In this document: positions 9,641-19,569 of the stretch, piece after piece
Position numbering within the stretch: position 1 is the first letter of the stretch
How the letters are laid out: each line of letters starts with the position of its first letter
Assembly: GCA_963727455.1 (NCBI GenBank)
Contig: CAVSGG010000005.1
Span: 96,001-160,000, forward strand
Origin: Candidatus Krumholzibacteriota bacterium
GTDB taxonomy: Bacteria; Krumholzibacteriota; Krumholzibacteriia; JAJRXK01
Length of the DNA: 64,000 nt
Direction of reading: 5' to 3'
Position numbers and translations under genes: made by a program
Notes under the pieces: model-generated
Seen by the model: the letters and a program-made list of their open reading frames with translations, nothing else
What the model was told of the DNA's origin: nothing
The model's database searches: none

Positions 9641-11539
9641 ATGAAGAGAAGTGGAGAGGCACTCGTGCTACCTCTCGCCATATTCTTCCTTTTTGCATTC
9701 ATCGAGAACTGTTACGCCACTGCCCGTTTCGCTGACAAGACATCCGAGATCAACATCACCTTGGCTGGCGGAACGGTGAGCGGGATCGCCACCTTCGATT
9801 ACGATGGCGATGGATACCTGGAGCTTCAGGTGTCCTACGATAGTTCTCATGGACAGTTCTTCGAAGGCAACACCACGTACAACGGATTTCCGCAATGGAC
9901 TAACGCGACGGTCGCCGCTTACCCCCAGAGCTCTTGGCCTCCAGCCCACTCCGCAACCCCTCTTCCCGCCGACTATGACAACGATGGAGATATGGACCTG
10001 TACGTCGGTTCAGCCTACAGCTACCAGCGATTGTATCGAAATAACGGAGACGGCACGTTTACCGAGGTCGGAGCGTCCGTCGGAATCCAGGATCCTGGGA
10101 TTTACGCAGGAAATGTGGCAGCGTGGGGAGACTACGACGGTGATGGCTGGAATGATCTAGTCATCGATGGGTACGGCGACATGCGTCTCTTCCACAACGA
10201 GGGTGCTTCGGGGACAGTGACCCTCACCCGAACCACCAATGTCCTTCAAGGCACCAGGCATGTGGCAATACCCGGAGATTTTGTTTGGATCGATCTCGAT
10301 CATGACGGTGATTTGGATCTCTTCGAGCTCCTTGCCGACTATGCCTTGCCCGCGACCTCCGACGTCTATATCAACAGCGGAGGTTCTTCACCAACACTAA
10401 CGACTTCCACGGAATCGAAGTGGGACGAGTTGAGGAGTCTATTCGCAAACGCAGTGAGTGTAGCCCAGGTCACGGACAACCGGTCAAGTGGTTATGCCGA
10501 TTTCTTTAGCTCTGCCTGGTTTGGAGGTATTATCGTCCGGACGAACGCTTCAGGTTCATATTTTGGAGGCCAGGTACCAGGCGGTGGGGGTGACACCTTC
10601 ATCCTAGACTACGATCTCGACGGAGCCTTGGATCTCTATCTGTACGGCGATGGTAGTCACGAAGCCGTGCTGATGCGAAATGTGGGAGGCGCGAGTTTCA
10701 CCGATGTGAGCAGCAACGCGCAGCTCAATGCTCTGGGTATTACGCGTGGTGTCGCGGCGGATTTTGATGGTGACGGCGACTTGGACCTATTCCAAGGTGA
10801 TCCCGTGGGGAATACTCGGCTTTTCATGGAGAGCTTCGACACGAGTGTTTGTACCAACTGTGCCCCCGGTGCTGACAATCCGTACAACCATTTCTTGGAG
10901 GTGCGCCTCGAAGGGCACCCGGTGGGACAATACCATGTCGACAGGACCACGAATACTGATCTGATTGGCACCTACTTGGAGGACCAGGAGACAGGAAAAG
11001 GCCAGTGGGTACAAGGTCATAGAAGTACCAGCACCGGGCCATCGGTTCCGATCGTCTTTGGAGCGGGTCAGGCGAGTGAATTCTCTTTGACGGTCAAGTG
11101 GCCCAATGGCGTGTCCACGGACTTCGAGAACCTGGATGTCAATCAGATCGTCACCATCGAGGATCAAAGCGTTCCCTACGTCGAGTCGAGTACGGTGTCT
11201 GGAGTCAAGGTCTACGACCAAGATACCATCAATCTCGTCTTCGAATGGGACACGGTGGGGCCCTCCAGCGAGGACGAAATCGAGATCTCGGTGGCATCGG
11301 GCTCACCCGGTCAGAACTGCGGTGTCTATGCTACCACGATCAGTTCGCAGGATCTGGACGTAACGCACACCGTCACACAGACTGATCTCAATACCTACCA
11401 TCACACTCTGACCTGGGAAGATCAGGTGTGCTACCAAATCTGTAAGCTCCAGTACGTGGTGCATTCGAAGAACACCGTAGCGGAATCCTGGAGCGACACG
11501 AAGCTCATTACCGTCAAGAACTGCATAAGAGGTCTCTGA
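9641..11539 (+). CDS. CRTAC1/ASPIC-UnbV-like FG-GAP repeat secreted protein
   Basis: Repeated DYDxDGxxDL motifs, LYRNNGDGTFTEV, and an UnbV-like FGAG...VKWPNG segment. Confidence 0.85.
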   Translation: MKRSGEALVLPLAIFFLFAFIENCYATARFADKTSEINITLAGGTVSGIATFDYDGDGYLELQVSYDSSHGQFFEGNTTYNGFPQWTNATVAAYPQSSWPPAHSATPLPADYDNDGDMDLYVGSAYSYQRLYRNNGDGTFTEVGASVGIQDPGIYAGNVAAWGDYDGDGWNDLVIDGYGDMRLFHNEGASGTVTLTRTTNVLQGTRHVAIPGDFVWIDLDHDGDLDLFELLADYALPATSDVYINSGGSSPTLTTSTESKWDELRSLFANAVSVAQVTDNRSSGYADFFSSAWFGGIIVRTNASGSYFGGQVPGGGGDTFILDYDLDGALDLYLYGDGSHEAVLMRNVGGASFTDVSSNAQLNALGITRGVAADFDGDGDLDLFQGDPVGNTRLFMESFDTSVCTNCAPGADNPYNHFLEVRLEGHPVGQYHVDRTTNTDLIGTYLEDQETGKGQWVQGHRSTSTGPSVPIVFGAGQASEFSLTVKWPNGVSTDFENLDVNQIVTIEDQSVPYVESSTVSGVKVYDQDTINLVFEWDTVGPSSEDEIEISVASGSPGQNCGVYATTISSQDLDVTHTVTQTDLNTYHHTLTWEDQVCYQICKLQYVVHSKNTVAESWSDTKLITVKNCIRGL

Positions 11540-11540
11540 G

Positions 11541-12410
11541 ATGCTAAGAAAACTCTCATTTCTGTTGATTATTTCTGTCATCACCTCCGCAGTCTTCATT
11601 CCTGCATCGGACGCCGTCGATGGCGTTCTCAGCTACGACTCGTCTGCGGAGAGTCCGCTGTACCTACGAGCCTTCGATTTGCCCGCTGGGGCAGGGGTCA
11701 GCGGAGCCACTCTCTACATAAATGACAGCATGGCGCCGCCAGTTGCGGCCTACCTGCTGCCTTCAGACTTGTCAGGGTTACCTGACTGGGAGCGAGCCAG
11801 CAAATCGAGCATCAGTCCCATGGTGTCGGATGGTGATCTGCTTTCAGTCGACCTGAGCATGACCGCAGCGGAGAACCGAAGAAGAGTCTGGTTGGCCGTT
11901 CAATTCAACCATGGCGATGATTCTCCGGCTGAGGGCCGCGGAGGTGGCCCTGCGATGGGGTACTATGCAAGGCCTTGCCATGTGGGAGATCAGCTCATTT
12001 CGGCCGATGGGGGCAAGAGCTACGACTATCTCAGCTCGAAACTGAGTCTTGCCATGGATATCACGGTCGATTCCTCCAGCAGCGCTCAAGTCGGTTCTCT
12101 CGCGTCGATGCGAGCCAGCACGGAAACATCTCGTCAGCCGGTTGGGTTGCATGCCGCACCTAATCCCTTCAATCCAAGAACTGAGGTGTTCTTTGATCTT
12201 CCCGCCGCCGGTAGGGTCAGCCTCATCCTCTACGATTCAAGGGGTCGAAGAGTGAGGACTCTGATCCACGGCGACCGCTCCGCCGGTACCCAACGCGTGA
12301 GCTGGGATGGGCGCGACGAGAATGGTCAGAGAGTCGCTTCAGGAACGTTCTTTGCGCGTCTCGTGGCGTCTGGCATCACTCAGAGTACGCGACTCGTTTT
12401 GATCCAATAG
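11541..12410 (+). CDS. Secreted protein with FlgD-Ig/T9SS-type C-terminal domain
   Basis: Signal peptide; PNPFNPRT...YDSRGRRVRTL...WDGRDENGQRVASGTFFARL. Confidence 0.85.
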   Translation: MLRKLSFLLIISVITSAVFIPASDAVDGVLSYDSSAESPLYLRAFDLPAGAGVSGATLYINDSMAPPVAAYLLPSDLSGLPDWERASKSSISPMVSDGDLLSVDLSMTAAENRRRVWLAVQFNHGDDSPAEGRGGGPAMGYYARPCHVGDQLISADGGKSYDYLSSKLSLAMDITVDSSSSAQVGSLASMRASTETSRQPVGLHAAPNPFNPRTEVFFDLPAAGRVSLILYDSRGRRVRTLIHGDRSAGTQRVSWDGRDENGQRVASGTFFARLVASGITQSTRLVLIQ

Positions 12411-12486
12411 GAACGGTCAGAGGTTTCAGCGGCCCAGAAAGTGCGGCCGGCTCCGATTGGGGTCGGCCGCCCCCTTGATCGGCAGC

Positions 12487-13323
12487 TCACCTTCCCGCAG
12501 GGTCTAATTGTCCGTAGAGCCGTATGGCTTCGTTGAGGAGCTGCACGGTGCTCGTGAAGCGCTGCTTGCCCAACGCTTCCAGCACGTCCCGGGTTCTTTG
12601 GATGTACCAGTCCCGGCGGTTCTCAAAATCGAAAAGACGGTTCTTTCTGGCCCATATCGTGGTGGCGTTCTCGGGCTTGTCGCCGAAACCATTCGCCACC
12701 GCGTTGCGGAGCGCAGTCTCGTACTGTGCTTTGCTTCCCGTGGGGTCCTGGCCTCGGGCCACCGTGAGCAGGTAGTTGGATTCGGTGATGGCCGCCTCGG
12801 CGGCGCTGATCTCTTTGTGGTCGGTGGGGGAAAGCGTTCCGTCCTGCTTCATGTATTTCCGGGCCTGCTCGAGGGCCTGCATCGTCAGGTTGATGAGAAT
12901 CTCGAAGCGTTCCTGATAGGTGGAATTCAGGGCGAGTAGTCCGTAGCCTACCGTCCCCACCGGAGTTCGGGCGATGTCCAGCGCATTCGGGGCAGCAAAT
13001 CTGTAAAGAGCCTGCTCGCACTTCAGGAGTTCGGACTGGTAGTTGTTTGCGTTGATCTCGGAAATTCTGTTGAAGAACTCGTATTGCAGTCGGTCGGTTA
13101 CGCTGAAGACGAGTTGGTCTTCCGTGCTCCTGTCCACGCGCATGCCCGGTACGATGCCCTGCGTGGCGAGAGTATCCGCAATGGCGGATTCGTCCTGACC
13201 ATTGCCCTCCAGGCTGTACCGGTAGCCCTGACTCGAGCTGCAGGAAGCGATGACGGCGATGATCAAGAGTGGTGCCACAAGCGTGGCAATGCGCTTCTTG
13301 GGATAAGAGCGAGCAAGACTCAT
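12487..13323 (-). CDS. Hypothetical helical lipoprotein
   Basis: Lipobox IASC; starts 9 bp downstream of gatD on the same strand. Confidence 0.7.
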   Translation of the reverse strand: MSLARSYPKKRIATLVAPLLIIAVIASCSSSQGYRYSLEGNGQDESAIADTLATQGIVPGMRVDRSTEDQLVFSVTDRLQYEFFNRISEINANNYQSELLKCEQALYRFAAPNALDIARTPVGTVGYGLLALNSTYQERFEILINLTMQALEQARKYMKQDGTLSPTDHKEISAAEAAITESNYLLTVARGQDPTGSKAQYETALRNAVANGFGDKPENATTIWARKNRLFDFENRRDWYIQRTRDVLEALGKQRFTSTVQLLNEAIRLYGQLDPAGR

Positions 13324-13332
13324 ATCAATCGC

Positions 13333-14721
13333 TCACTTCCATACCTTCCCAAAGAAATTTTGGATCTCCGGCACCCCGCCCTGGAACACGAGGTAGCCGT
13401 CGTGCGGTTCGCGTTCGGTCATTTCGCCGGCCAGGGGCGTCTTCATGAGTTCTTTGACTTTCTCCGGGTCGTTGGGGTGCATCCCCAAAGCCCAGCCCAG
13501 CTTGATGTAGGCGACCTCGGGCAGCATGTTTGCCAGGGGCACCACGCCCAACTCCAGAATCTCGCGACCCGTCTCGTAGACGTGCATCTGCACGAAGCCC
13601 CACAGGGTCTGCAAGGTCATGAACACGCACACTCCCGCCTCGCGAGCTTTGCGCAGTGCGGGATAGACTCCCCGGTTGACGTGCCCCAGGCCGGTTCCGG
13701 CGATCACGATTCCCTTGTAACCACAATCGATGAGCGATTCCAGAATATCGGGCTGCATGTTGGGATAGTAATAGACCAGGCTGACTTTCTCCTGGAAGGT
13801 CGCGTGCACTTCCGCCTCGCCGTTCTCGCGGCGATGTTGGTAGTCCTCCTTGAGCGGCGTGATGAGCCCGTCTTCCACCATGGCCAGGGGAATGTCTCCG
13901 ATGGTGCGGAAGGTGCTGCGATAGCTGCTGTGCATCTTGCGCACCCGCGTGCCGCGGTGCAGAAGATTGTAGCGGTCGCTGGTGGGCCCGAACATGCAGA
14001 CCATCACCTCGGCGATGTCGCCGGTGGCTGCGGCCCAAGTTGCATTGATGAGATTCTGCGCCGCATCGGAGGAAGGTCGATCGCTCGAGCGCTGGCTGCC
14101 CACCATGACGATGGGCACTGGCGGCGACTGCACCATGAACGACAGCGCCGCCGCGGTATGGTGCATGGTGTCGGTACCGTGGCCGATCACTACGCCCGCA
14201 TATCCGTCTCGGATCGCCTCGCCGGTGCGCTCCGCCAGCACAAGATACTGCTCGGGACCCATGTTCTCGCTGAACACGCCAAAAAGTTTCTCGGTCTCCA
14301 GATTGCAGATGTCCGCCAGCTCGGGAACCGATCCATAGAGTTCCCCGGGCGAGAAAGCGGGGATGACGGCGCCGGTGCGGTAGTCCAGGCGGGAGGCGAT
14401 GGTTCCCCCGGTACCGAAGAGTTTCACGCGCGGCTTGTTCTCACTGACGGGAAATTCCTTTTCGGGAATTTGATAGTGCGCTTCACGGTACCCAATCTGC
14501 TCTAGCTTCTCGATGGTGTCGTGCCGCAGTCCGATGTTGTAGCCGGTATTGAGCTTCAGCACGATGTGCTCGGCGTCGGCAGTTTCGCTGCGGGGCAGAA
14601 GCAGGCCCTCGAAGCTACCGGTTTTCGTGGTGGCGCGCACCTCGCACCACACGCCCACTCCGAACTTCTTCATGAGCCCCTTGCAGGGATCGCGGTAGCC
14701 CTTGAAGCGCTCCTCGTTCAT
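13333..14721 (-). CDS. gatD: Glu-tRNA(Gln) amidotransferase subunit D (archaeal type)
   Basis: N-terminal EGLLLPR..HIVLKLNTGYNIG domain absent from plain asparaginases, TGGTIASRLDYRTGAV, HGTDT, GSQRSSDRPSSD, RKMHSSYRSTF. Confidence 0.93.
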   Translation of the reverse strand: MNEERFKGYRDPCKGLMKKFGVGVWCEVRATTKTGSFEGLLLPRSETADAEHIVLKLNTGYNIGLRHDTIEKLEQIGYREAHYQIPEKEFPVSENKPRVKLFGTGGTIASRLDYRTGAVIPAFSPGELYGSVPELADICNLETEKLFGVFSENMGPEQYLVLAERTGEAIRDGYAGVVIGHGTDTMHHTAAALSFMVQSPPVPIVMVGSQRSSDRPSSDAAQNLINATWAAATGDIAEVMVCMFGPTSDRYNLLHRGTRVRKMHSSYRSTFRTIGDIPLAMVEDGLITPLKEDYQHRRENGEAEVHATFQEKVSLVYYYPNMQPDILESLIDCGYKGIVIAGTGLGHVNRGVYPALRKAREAGVCVFMTLQTLWGFVQMHVYETGREILELGVVPLANMLPEVAYIKLGWALGMHPNDPEKVKELMKTPLAGEMTEREPHDGYLVFQGGVPEIQNFFGKVWK

Positions 14722-16781
14722 CGCGATTCTCCCAGCAGTAGGGGGCGCAGGCGCTGCAGCAGGTCTTGGGGATCCAGTTTCCCCAAATACTTTGGCATGA
14801 TCTCTCCCATGGCCCAGCGCAGGCGCGCATCGGGATCATCCTCACGCAAGCTAGCGGCTTTTGCCTCGAGCTGCCGCAGAAGCTCGGTCAGCGGCGGCTC
14901 GCTTCCGTTGCCAGATTCAAATGTGTGCAGGATTTCGTCGGCTCCGCGCTGCGGTTCGCACAGCAATCGGTCGAAAGTGGCCTCCGTCGCCTCGAGCCGC
15001 ACGCGTCCGGAGCTGAGTGCCTCGACCCAGGGCGTGAGCCTGGATACCGTCGGCAGTTCGTCAATCCCGCCGCTACGGCGATGATGGGGGATTCTCTTTT
15101 CCAGTGCATAGGCCACGCGTCGCGCGACTTCGCCTTCTCCTGGATGCAGAGCGTCGAAGAGCTCGCACCAGGGCGCGTCGCTGAGGCGGCGACACAGTGC
15201 GAAGGGCAAGCCCAGCTTTGCAAAGCGCGCTTCCTTCTCCCAGGGACGCTCTGTGCTGAGAGCGCTGACGCGCTCGATCAAGCCATCCCCCAAGGGCACC
15301 GGTGGGGTGTCGGTATCGGGATACATACGGTCGGCCCCGGGCAGGATGCGCTCGAAGCCGTTCGTGCCGCCGACGAAGGCCTGGCGCGTCTCGGCCGGCA
15401 CCCCGACCAGGCAATCTTGCGCCCGCAAGAAGACCTCCTGTACCGCGGTCTGCAGATCGCGCTTCTTTCCCCACAATACGAGGATCGCGTCGCCCGACTC
15501 CGCGCGCAGCGCAGTGCGCAGTTGCTTCCAGTGCGCGTGTTCGAAGCCGTAGCCCTCGATGTCGCTGTGGATGAGGAAGGGCCGCGAGGTGAGGCAGGCA
15601 ATCACGCGCACCCGGTCGGCGAATTCGTTGGCCAGGGTGAGACCGGGTTGAGTGCGACGTCCGAGCAGGCCACCAAATCCCTGGAGGCGTACCGCGACCG
15701 CTTCCTCGTCCCGCTCGAGGCAGTCGCGCAGGGGAGTGAAGTCGCTGGACGAGAGAATTCCGGTCGCGTCCAGCACCTTCGCTGAATCGTAAACGTCGTC
15801 GCTGCTCTCGGACAGGGCGAACATCTCGTGTGTTACCCCGCGCCGCAGGAGTTCGGCCCGTACTCGAAGCAAATTGAGCTGCCGATAGGCTTCGATGTGT
15901 ACGAGTTGGGGAAGACCGCGGTGATAGTGCACGCCCTTGATCTCCACGCGCCTTCCGCCGGCCACCGAGACGTTCACGTCCTGCCGTGCCGCACCCGCCC
16001 CCCGGCGTACGCGGCCACTGGCGCGCGTGGTGCGTGCGAGCAAACGAGCGCCCGCCTGCAACTCGAGGGGGGAGTACAGTTCGGGCTCGGTCACGACTTC
16101 GGTCAGGGGCACCCCGAGCCGGTCGGTGCGGAAGGTGACGCGGTGTCCGATGTCGCTGATTTCGCGACAGGAATCCTCTTCGAGCGAGAGCTGTCGAATG
16201 TGCAGCTCACGTTCGATCTCGAGCTGTGGCTCGACGAAGGGAATCGCGCCGCCCAGTCCCACCATCGCCGTGCGTTGAAAACCGGTGGGAATGGAACCGT
16301 CGAGGTACTGCTTACGCATCACGTGCAATTCGGAGACGAGATTCAAATCGAAGAGCCGGCTCACTTCCAGGGCGATCTCGACCGCCTCGAGGTTGATCGG
16401 AAAGGGAGGGGTGTCGTCGATTTCGTAGGTGCAGACAGTGCCGCGCTCCAATTGGTAGACGATCTCCTTGCGCGTTTTGAATTCCATGAGCGCGCAGCCG
16501 TCATACTCTCCTAGTTCACTCAGGGTAGGGCGCATGTGCCGTAACACTTCGGCGTCGAAGTGGTCCACGAACACACCGGAGGGGCAGCGGCAGAAGAGCT
16601 TCTTCTTCGTGTCGAGCTGTTGATGAACCTCGAGGCCGGAGAGGAATCCCAGCTCCCGGTAATCGGCCTCGCTCAACCCGCCGAAGTCGCGATCGGGGAA
16701 ATCGAGGACCGCCTCGGCGCGCGGATTGACGTCGCTGGGCGGCTTCAGATTGGGTTGGTTGATGTCGCGCTCTGAGGCCAA
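14718..16781 (-). CDS. gatE: Glu-tRNA(Gln) amidotransferase subunit E (archaeal type)
   Basis: GLEVHQQLDTKKKLFCRCP, HVMRKQYLDGSIPTGFQRT, LEEDSCR, DRLGVPL, RQDVNVSV..RVEIKGV, an insertion domain, and LPGADRMYPDTD. Overlaps the gatD start by 4 bp. Confidence 0.93.
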   Translation of the reverse strand: MASERDINQPNLKPPSDVNPRAEAVLDFPDRDFGGLSEADYRELGFLSGLEVHQQLDTKKKLFCRCPSGVFVDHFDAEVLRHMRPTLSELGEYDGCALMEFKTRKEIVYQLERGTVCTYEIDDTPPFPINLEAVEIALEVSRLFDLNLVSELHVMRKQYLDGSIPTGFQRTAMVGLGGAIPFVEPQLEIERELHIRQLSLEEDSCREISDIGHRVTFRTDRLGVPLTEVVTEPELYSPLELQAGARLLARTTRASGRVRRGAGAARQDVNVSVAGGRRVEIKGVHYHRGLPQLVHIEAYRQLNLLRVRAELLRRGVTHEMFALSESSDDVYDSAKVLDATGILSSSDFTPLRDCLERDEEAVAVRLQGFGGLLGRRTQPGLTLANEFADRVRVIACLTSRPFLIHSDIEGYGFEHAHWKQLRTALRAESGDAILVLWGKKRDLQTAVQEVFLRAQDCLVGVPAETRQAFVGGTNGFERILPGADRMYPDTDTPPVPLGDGLIERVSALSTERPWEKEARFAKLGLPFALCRRLSDAPWCELFDALHPGEGEVARRVAYALEKRIPHHRRSGGIDELPTVSRLTPWVEALSSGRVRLEATEATFDRLLCEPQRGADEILHTFESGNGSEPPLTELLRQLEAKAASLREDDPDARLRWAMGEIMPKYLGKLDPQDLLQRLRPLLLGESR

Positions 16782-16891
16782 AGCTGAGTGACTCCTGTAC
16801 AGAGGGGGCTGCCATCCGGCTTACCGGCCAGGCGCTTCAATATAGCAGCTGCCTGGTCGGGTGAAAGCTCTCCCTGCCCTTGGGCCCGTCT

Positions 16892-17377
16892 CTAGCTGCC
16901 GAAGATCCCGTCCAGCTGCAGACAGTGCTCATCGCGGACGAAATCTTGCCGCAGGTGCTTGGTCTGTTCTAGCGGCACCGGCATGTAGCGGCCGCTCCCG
17001 CGGGCGTAGACCGTGCCTGCCTCGTCTTTTATCCACGACTCCGTGTCGAAGACCCGCCGTCGGCCGCTGACCATCCGGGCCACCGCGACGCAGTGGGTCT
17101 TTGGCGGCAGCGGCTTCAGCAAGCGGACGGTGAACTCCGCCGCGAAGCAGGGCTTGTCCGAGCCCAAAATCGCGGCCCAGGTCATCACCTCGTCCAGCAG
17201 GGTCGCGATGATGCCACCGTGGATGACTTGATTCCAGCCGGCGAATCGCTTCTCGGCCACGAAGGGCAGCTCGATCCGCTCGCCGACTTTGAAACTGCGC
17301 GCGCGGAAGCCGTCGGGATTGGCCTCCCCGCACACGTAACAGGAGCGGCTCCAGGGAAGGGGGATTCGTTCGTTCAC
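16892..17377 (-). CDS. PaaI family hotdog thioesterase
   Basis: CYVCGEANPDG and HGGIIATLLDE motifs. Confidence 0.85.
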   Translation of the reverse strand: MNERIPLPWSRSCYVCGEANPDGFRARSFKVGERIELPFVAEKRFAGWNQVIHGGIIATLLDEVMTWAAILGSDKPCFAAEFTVRLLKPLPPKTHCVAVARMVSGRRRVFDTESWIKDEAGTVYARGSGRYMPVPLEQTKHLRQDFVRDEHCLQLDGIFGS

Positions 17378-17436
17378 GCTGGCTCTCCTTCGCCAAGAAT
17401 CGAAGCGTTCACGGTATCAGAGTCCTCATCGCGCTT

Positions 17437-18672
17437 CTAGATTTTCCAGTACCTGCGGCGGCGGTGTAGCTCGCCGCAGATTACGGCCCACAATACGACC
17501 ACCCCCAGTGCATACAGAAGCGATCCCCAGAGCGGCCCGGCCCAGCTCGCAAAGTACTGTTCGTAGAGGAAACGCTTGATAGCCTGTCCGGTGTGTGACC
17601 CGAAGGGCACGCGCAGGTACACGCTGGCGGTCGCGAGCAGGCTAGAGAAGAAGAAGGCGGTGATGGCATTGCGGCCGTACCACACGAAGGGCTGCACGAG
17701 TTTGACGGGCCCGCGCCTATCCAACCACGCCCGCAGAAGGGCGAAGACCAAAAGCGCCGCGCCGGCCGTTGCCACTACGTAACTCGGTGTCCACAGGCGC
17801 TTGTTCCAGTCGATCCAGTGGCGGCTCAGGACTCCAAGAGCGATGAGACAGCACGAAGAGAGAATCCAACGCAGCAAGAAAGGTGGCAGCGCCCCATCCT
17901 TGGCGCCCTCTTCCCCGTGTATGGATGCGAGCAAGGCACGGCCGGTAGCAACTCCCAAAAGCGATGTGACCACAGCGCCCAGGGTGCTCACGAGGCCTTC
18001 GGGATCGAAGGCCCACAGCAGGACGCCGGTCTTGGGATCACTCACGTGGAGCAGGCAGTGGATCCCGAAGACTCTGGTGTCGACATAGGCGCACAGGTTG
18101 GAGTAGACCGCGTGGTAGCTGCCGTCGCTTGCGCGTAGTGGAATCGAGAGATCCGGCATGCCGAAGCCCGGGATGCTGACGCGCGTGAGGAGCAGACCGT
18201 ATCCCAGAAGGAGCACGAGGGAGAGCGCGAACATACTGCGCCAACGAGGCAAGTACAGCTGGACCAGGCTGGCCAAGAAATACACCAGTCCGATGCGAAA
18301 GAGTACGCTGGGAATCCGCGCGTCCAACAGCGCGTGAGGACTCGAAAGGCCACCCGAGAGGAGAATCCCGAAGCGGTTCTGCACCAGACCCAGGCCCACG
18401 AGGATCGCGCTGCGACTGAGGACGTGTCGTAGAAGTCTCCGCCGATTCTCTCCCTCTTGCAAACGACGCTCGAAGGAAAGCACCAGCGAGATGCCGACTG
18501 CGAAGAGAAAGAAGGGAAAGATCAGATCGGTGAAGGTGAGGCCGTTCCAGGGCGCGTGCCGCAACTGCGCAAACTGCGTCGCCTCACCCCAGTGCCCGGG
18601 GTTGTTCACCAGCAGCATGGCGGCCACCGTCGCGCCGCGAAAGACGTCGAGCGAGGGGAGGCGGTGGCTCAT
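17437..18672 (-). CDS. Heparan-alpha-glucosaminide N-acetyltransferase-like membrane protein
   Basis: SLDVFRG, MLLVNNPG, HAPWNGLTFTDLIFPFFLF, DPEG and NKRLWTPSYV motifs. Confidence 0.88.
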   Translation of the reverse strand: MSHRLPSLDVFRGATVAAMLLVNNPGHWGEATQFAQLRHAPWNGLTFTDLIFPFFLFAVGISLVLSFERRLQEGENRRRLLRHVLSRSAILVGLGLVQNRFGILLSGGLSSPHALLDARIPSVLFRIGLVYFLASLVQLYLPRWRSMFALSLVLLLGYGLLLTRVSIPGFGMPDLSIPLRASDGSYHAVYSNLCAYVDTRVFGIHCLLHVSDPKTGVLLWAFDPEGLVSTLGAVVTSLLGVATGRALLASIHGEEGAKDGALPPFLLRWILSSCCLIALGVLSRHWIDWNKRLWTPSYVVATAGAALLVFALLRAWLDRRGPVKLVQPFVWYGRNAITAFFFSSLLATASVYLRVPFGSHTGQAIKRFLYEQYFASWAGPLWGSLLYALGVVVLWAVICGELHRRRRYWKI

Positions 18673-18688
18673 ACCTGCTGGAGCCGGT

Positions 18689-19396
18689 TCAGTCCGCGCG
18701 GGAGATTTTCAGGGATTCCATTCTCTCGCGTAGATCCGAGTATTCCTGCGCCGGGAGGATCTCCTCGGCGAGGGTCCAGGCGTCCGAATACCGTTCGGAG
18801 TTGAGGCCCTTGCTCAGAGTCTGAAAGAGACTGACGCGTTCGTGCGGAGCCAGGGCGGGAACGATGTCACGCAGCTCCTCCAGCTCCTGCTCCTCGGTCA
18901 TGCTCGATCGCATCTGCAAAAGGACTTCCTGCAGTTCTTCCTTCGTGCACGACTGCCAGAGTTTGGTCATCGTGCGTTCCTCTTCGTCCATGTGATCGAG
19001 ATAGCGCGAGATGAAGCGCTGCAAAGCACGGTAGAACTCATGGCCGAAGACCCGGCAGTGCTGCATTTTTCCCGGGTTGGAATTGATGTCGTCATAGAAT
19101 GCTTCCAGTTCGGCCAGATTCGTGCGCAGGTCGGAGTGCTCTCCCTCGAGAAACTCCGCCTCGCCGGGAAACTTCGACTGCAGAAAGGGATGAATGAACT
19201 CGCTCTCGTGACGCGCGTGCATGCGAAGCATACGGCTGATGCGCCGGAACTCCGCCCCGAGATCATCGACCGCATCCGGGTCGCAGAATTCGGTGATTCC
19301 CACTCGCTCGGAAAAGTTGAAGAGTCGCCGCCGATGGCCTTTGTGGGTGGCAGTATAGAAGTCCAGGCGGTCCTCATGATCACGATCGTTCATCAT
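18689..19396 (-). CDS. Hemerythrin-like domain protein
   Basis: HKGHRR, HARHE, EH and YLDHMDEEE metal-ligand pattern; start placed at MMNDRD after GGAG. Confidence 0.8.
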   Translation of the reverse strand: MMNDRDHEDRLDFYTATHKGHRRRLFNFSERVGITEFCDPDAVDDLGAEFRRISRMLRMHARHESEFIHPFLQSKFPGEAEFLEGEHSDLRTNLAELEAFYDDINSNPGKMQHCRVFGHEFYRALQRFISRYLDHMDEEERTMTKLWQSCTKEELQEVLLQMRSSMTEEQELEELRDIVPALAPHERVSLFQTLSKGLNSERYSDAWTLAEEILPAQEYSDLRERMESLKISRAD

Positions 19397-19569
19397 CACT
19401 CTCCAGAGGCGGGCCGGGCGTCGAGGCGCCCACAAGAAGCGTTCTCTCGGCTCGAGACAGTCCGAGGGGACAATCTGAGTGGGGATAAGATGCAACACCC
19501 CCGCAGGCTTCGCCACCGGGCTGCCCGCGTCGGGGAGCGCCCTGAAAACGACAATTTTCATTTCTTCCC

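Noticed and set aside
13084-16514. Long plus-strand ORFs opposite gatDE, and similar antisense ORFs elsewhere
   Set aside because: GC-rich codon-bias shadows without recognisable motifs.
13333-16781. Plain L-asparaginase plus gatB
   Set aside because: The GatD-specific N-terminal domain and the GatE-specific motifs and insertion are present.
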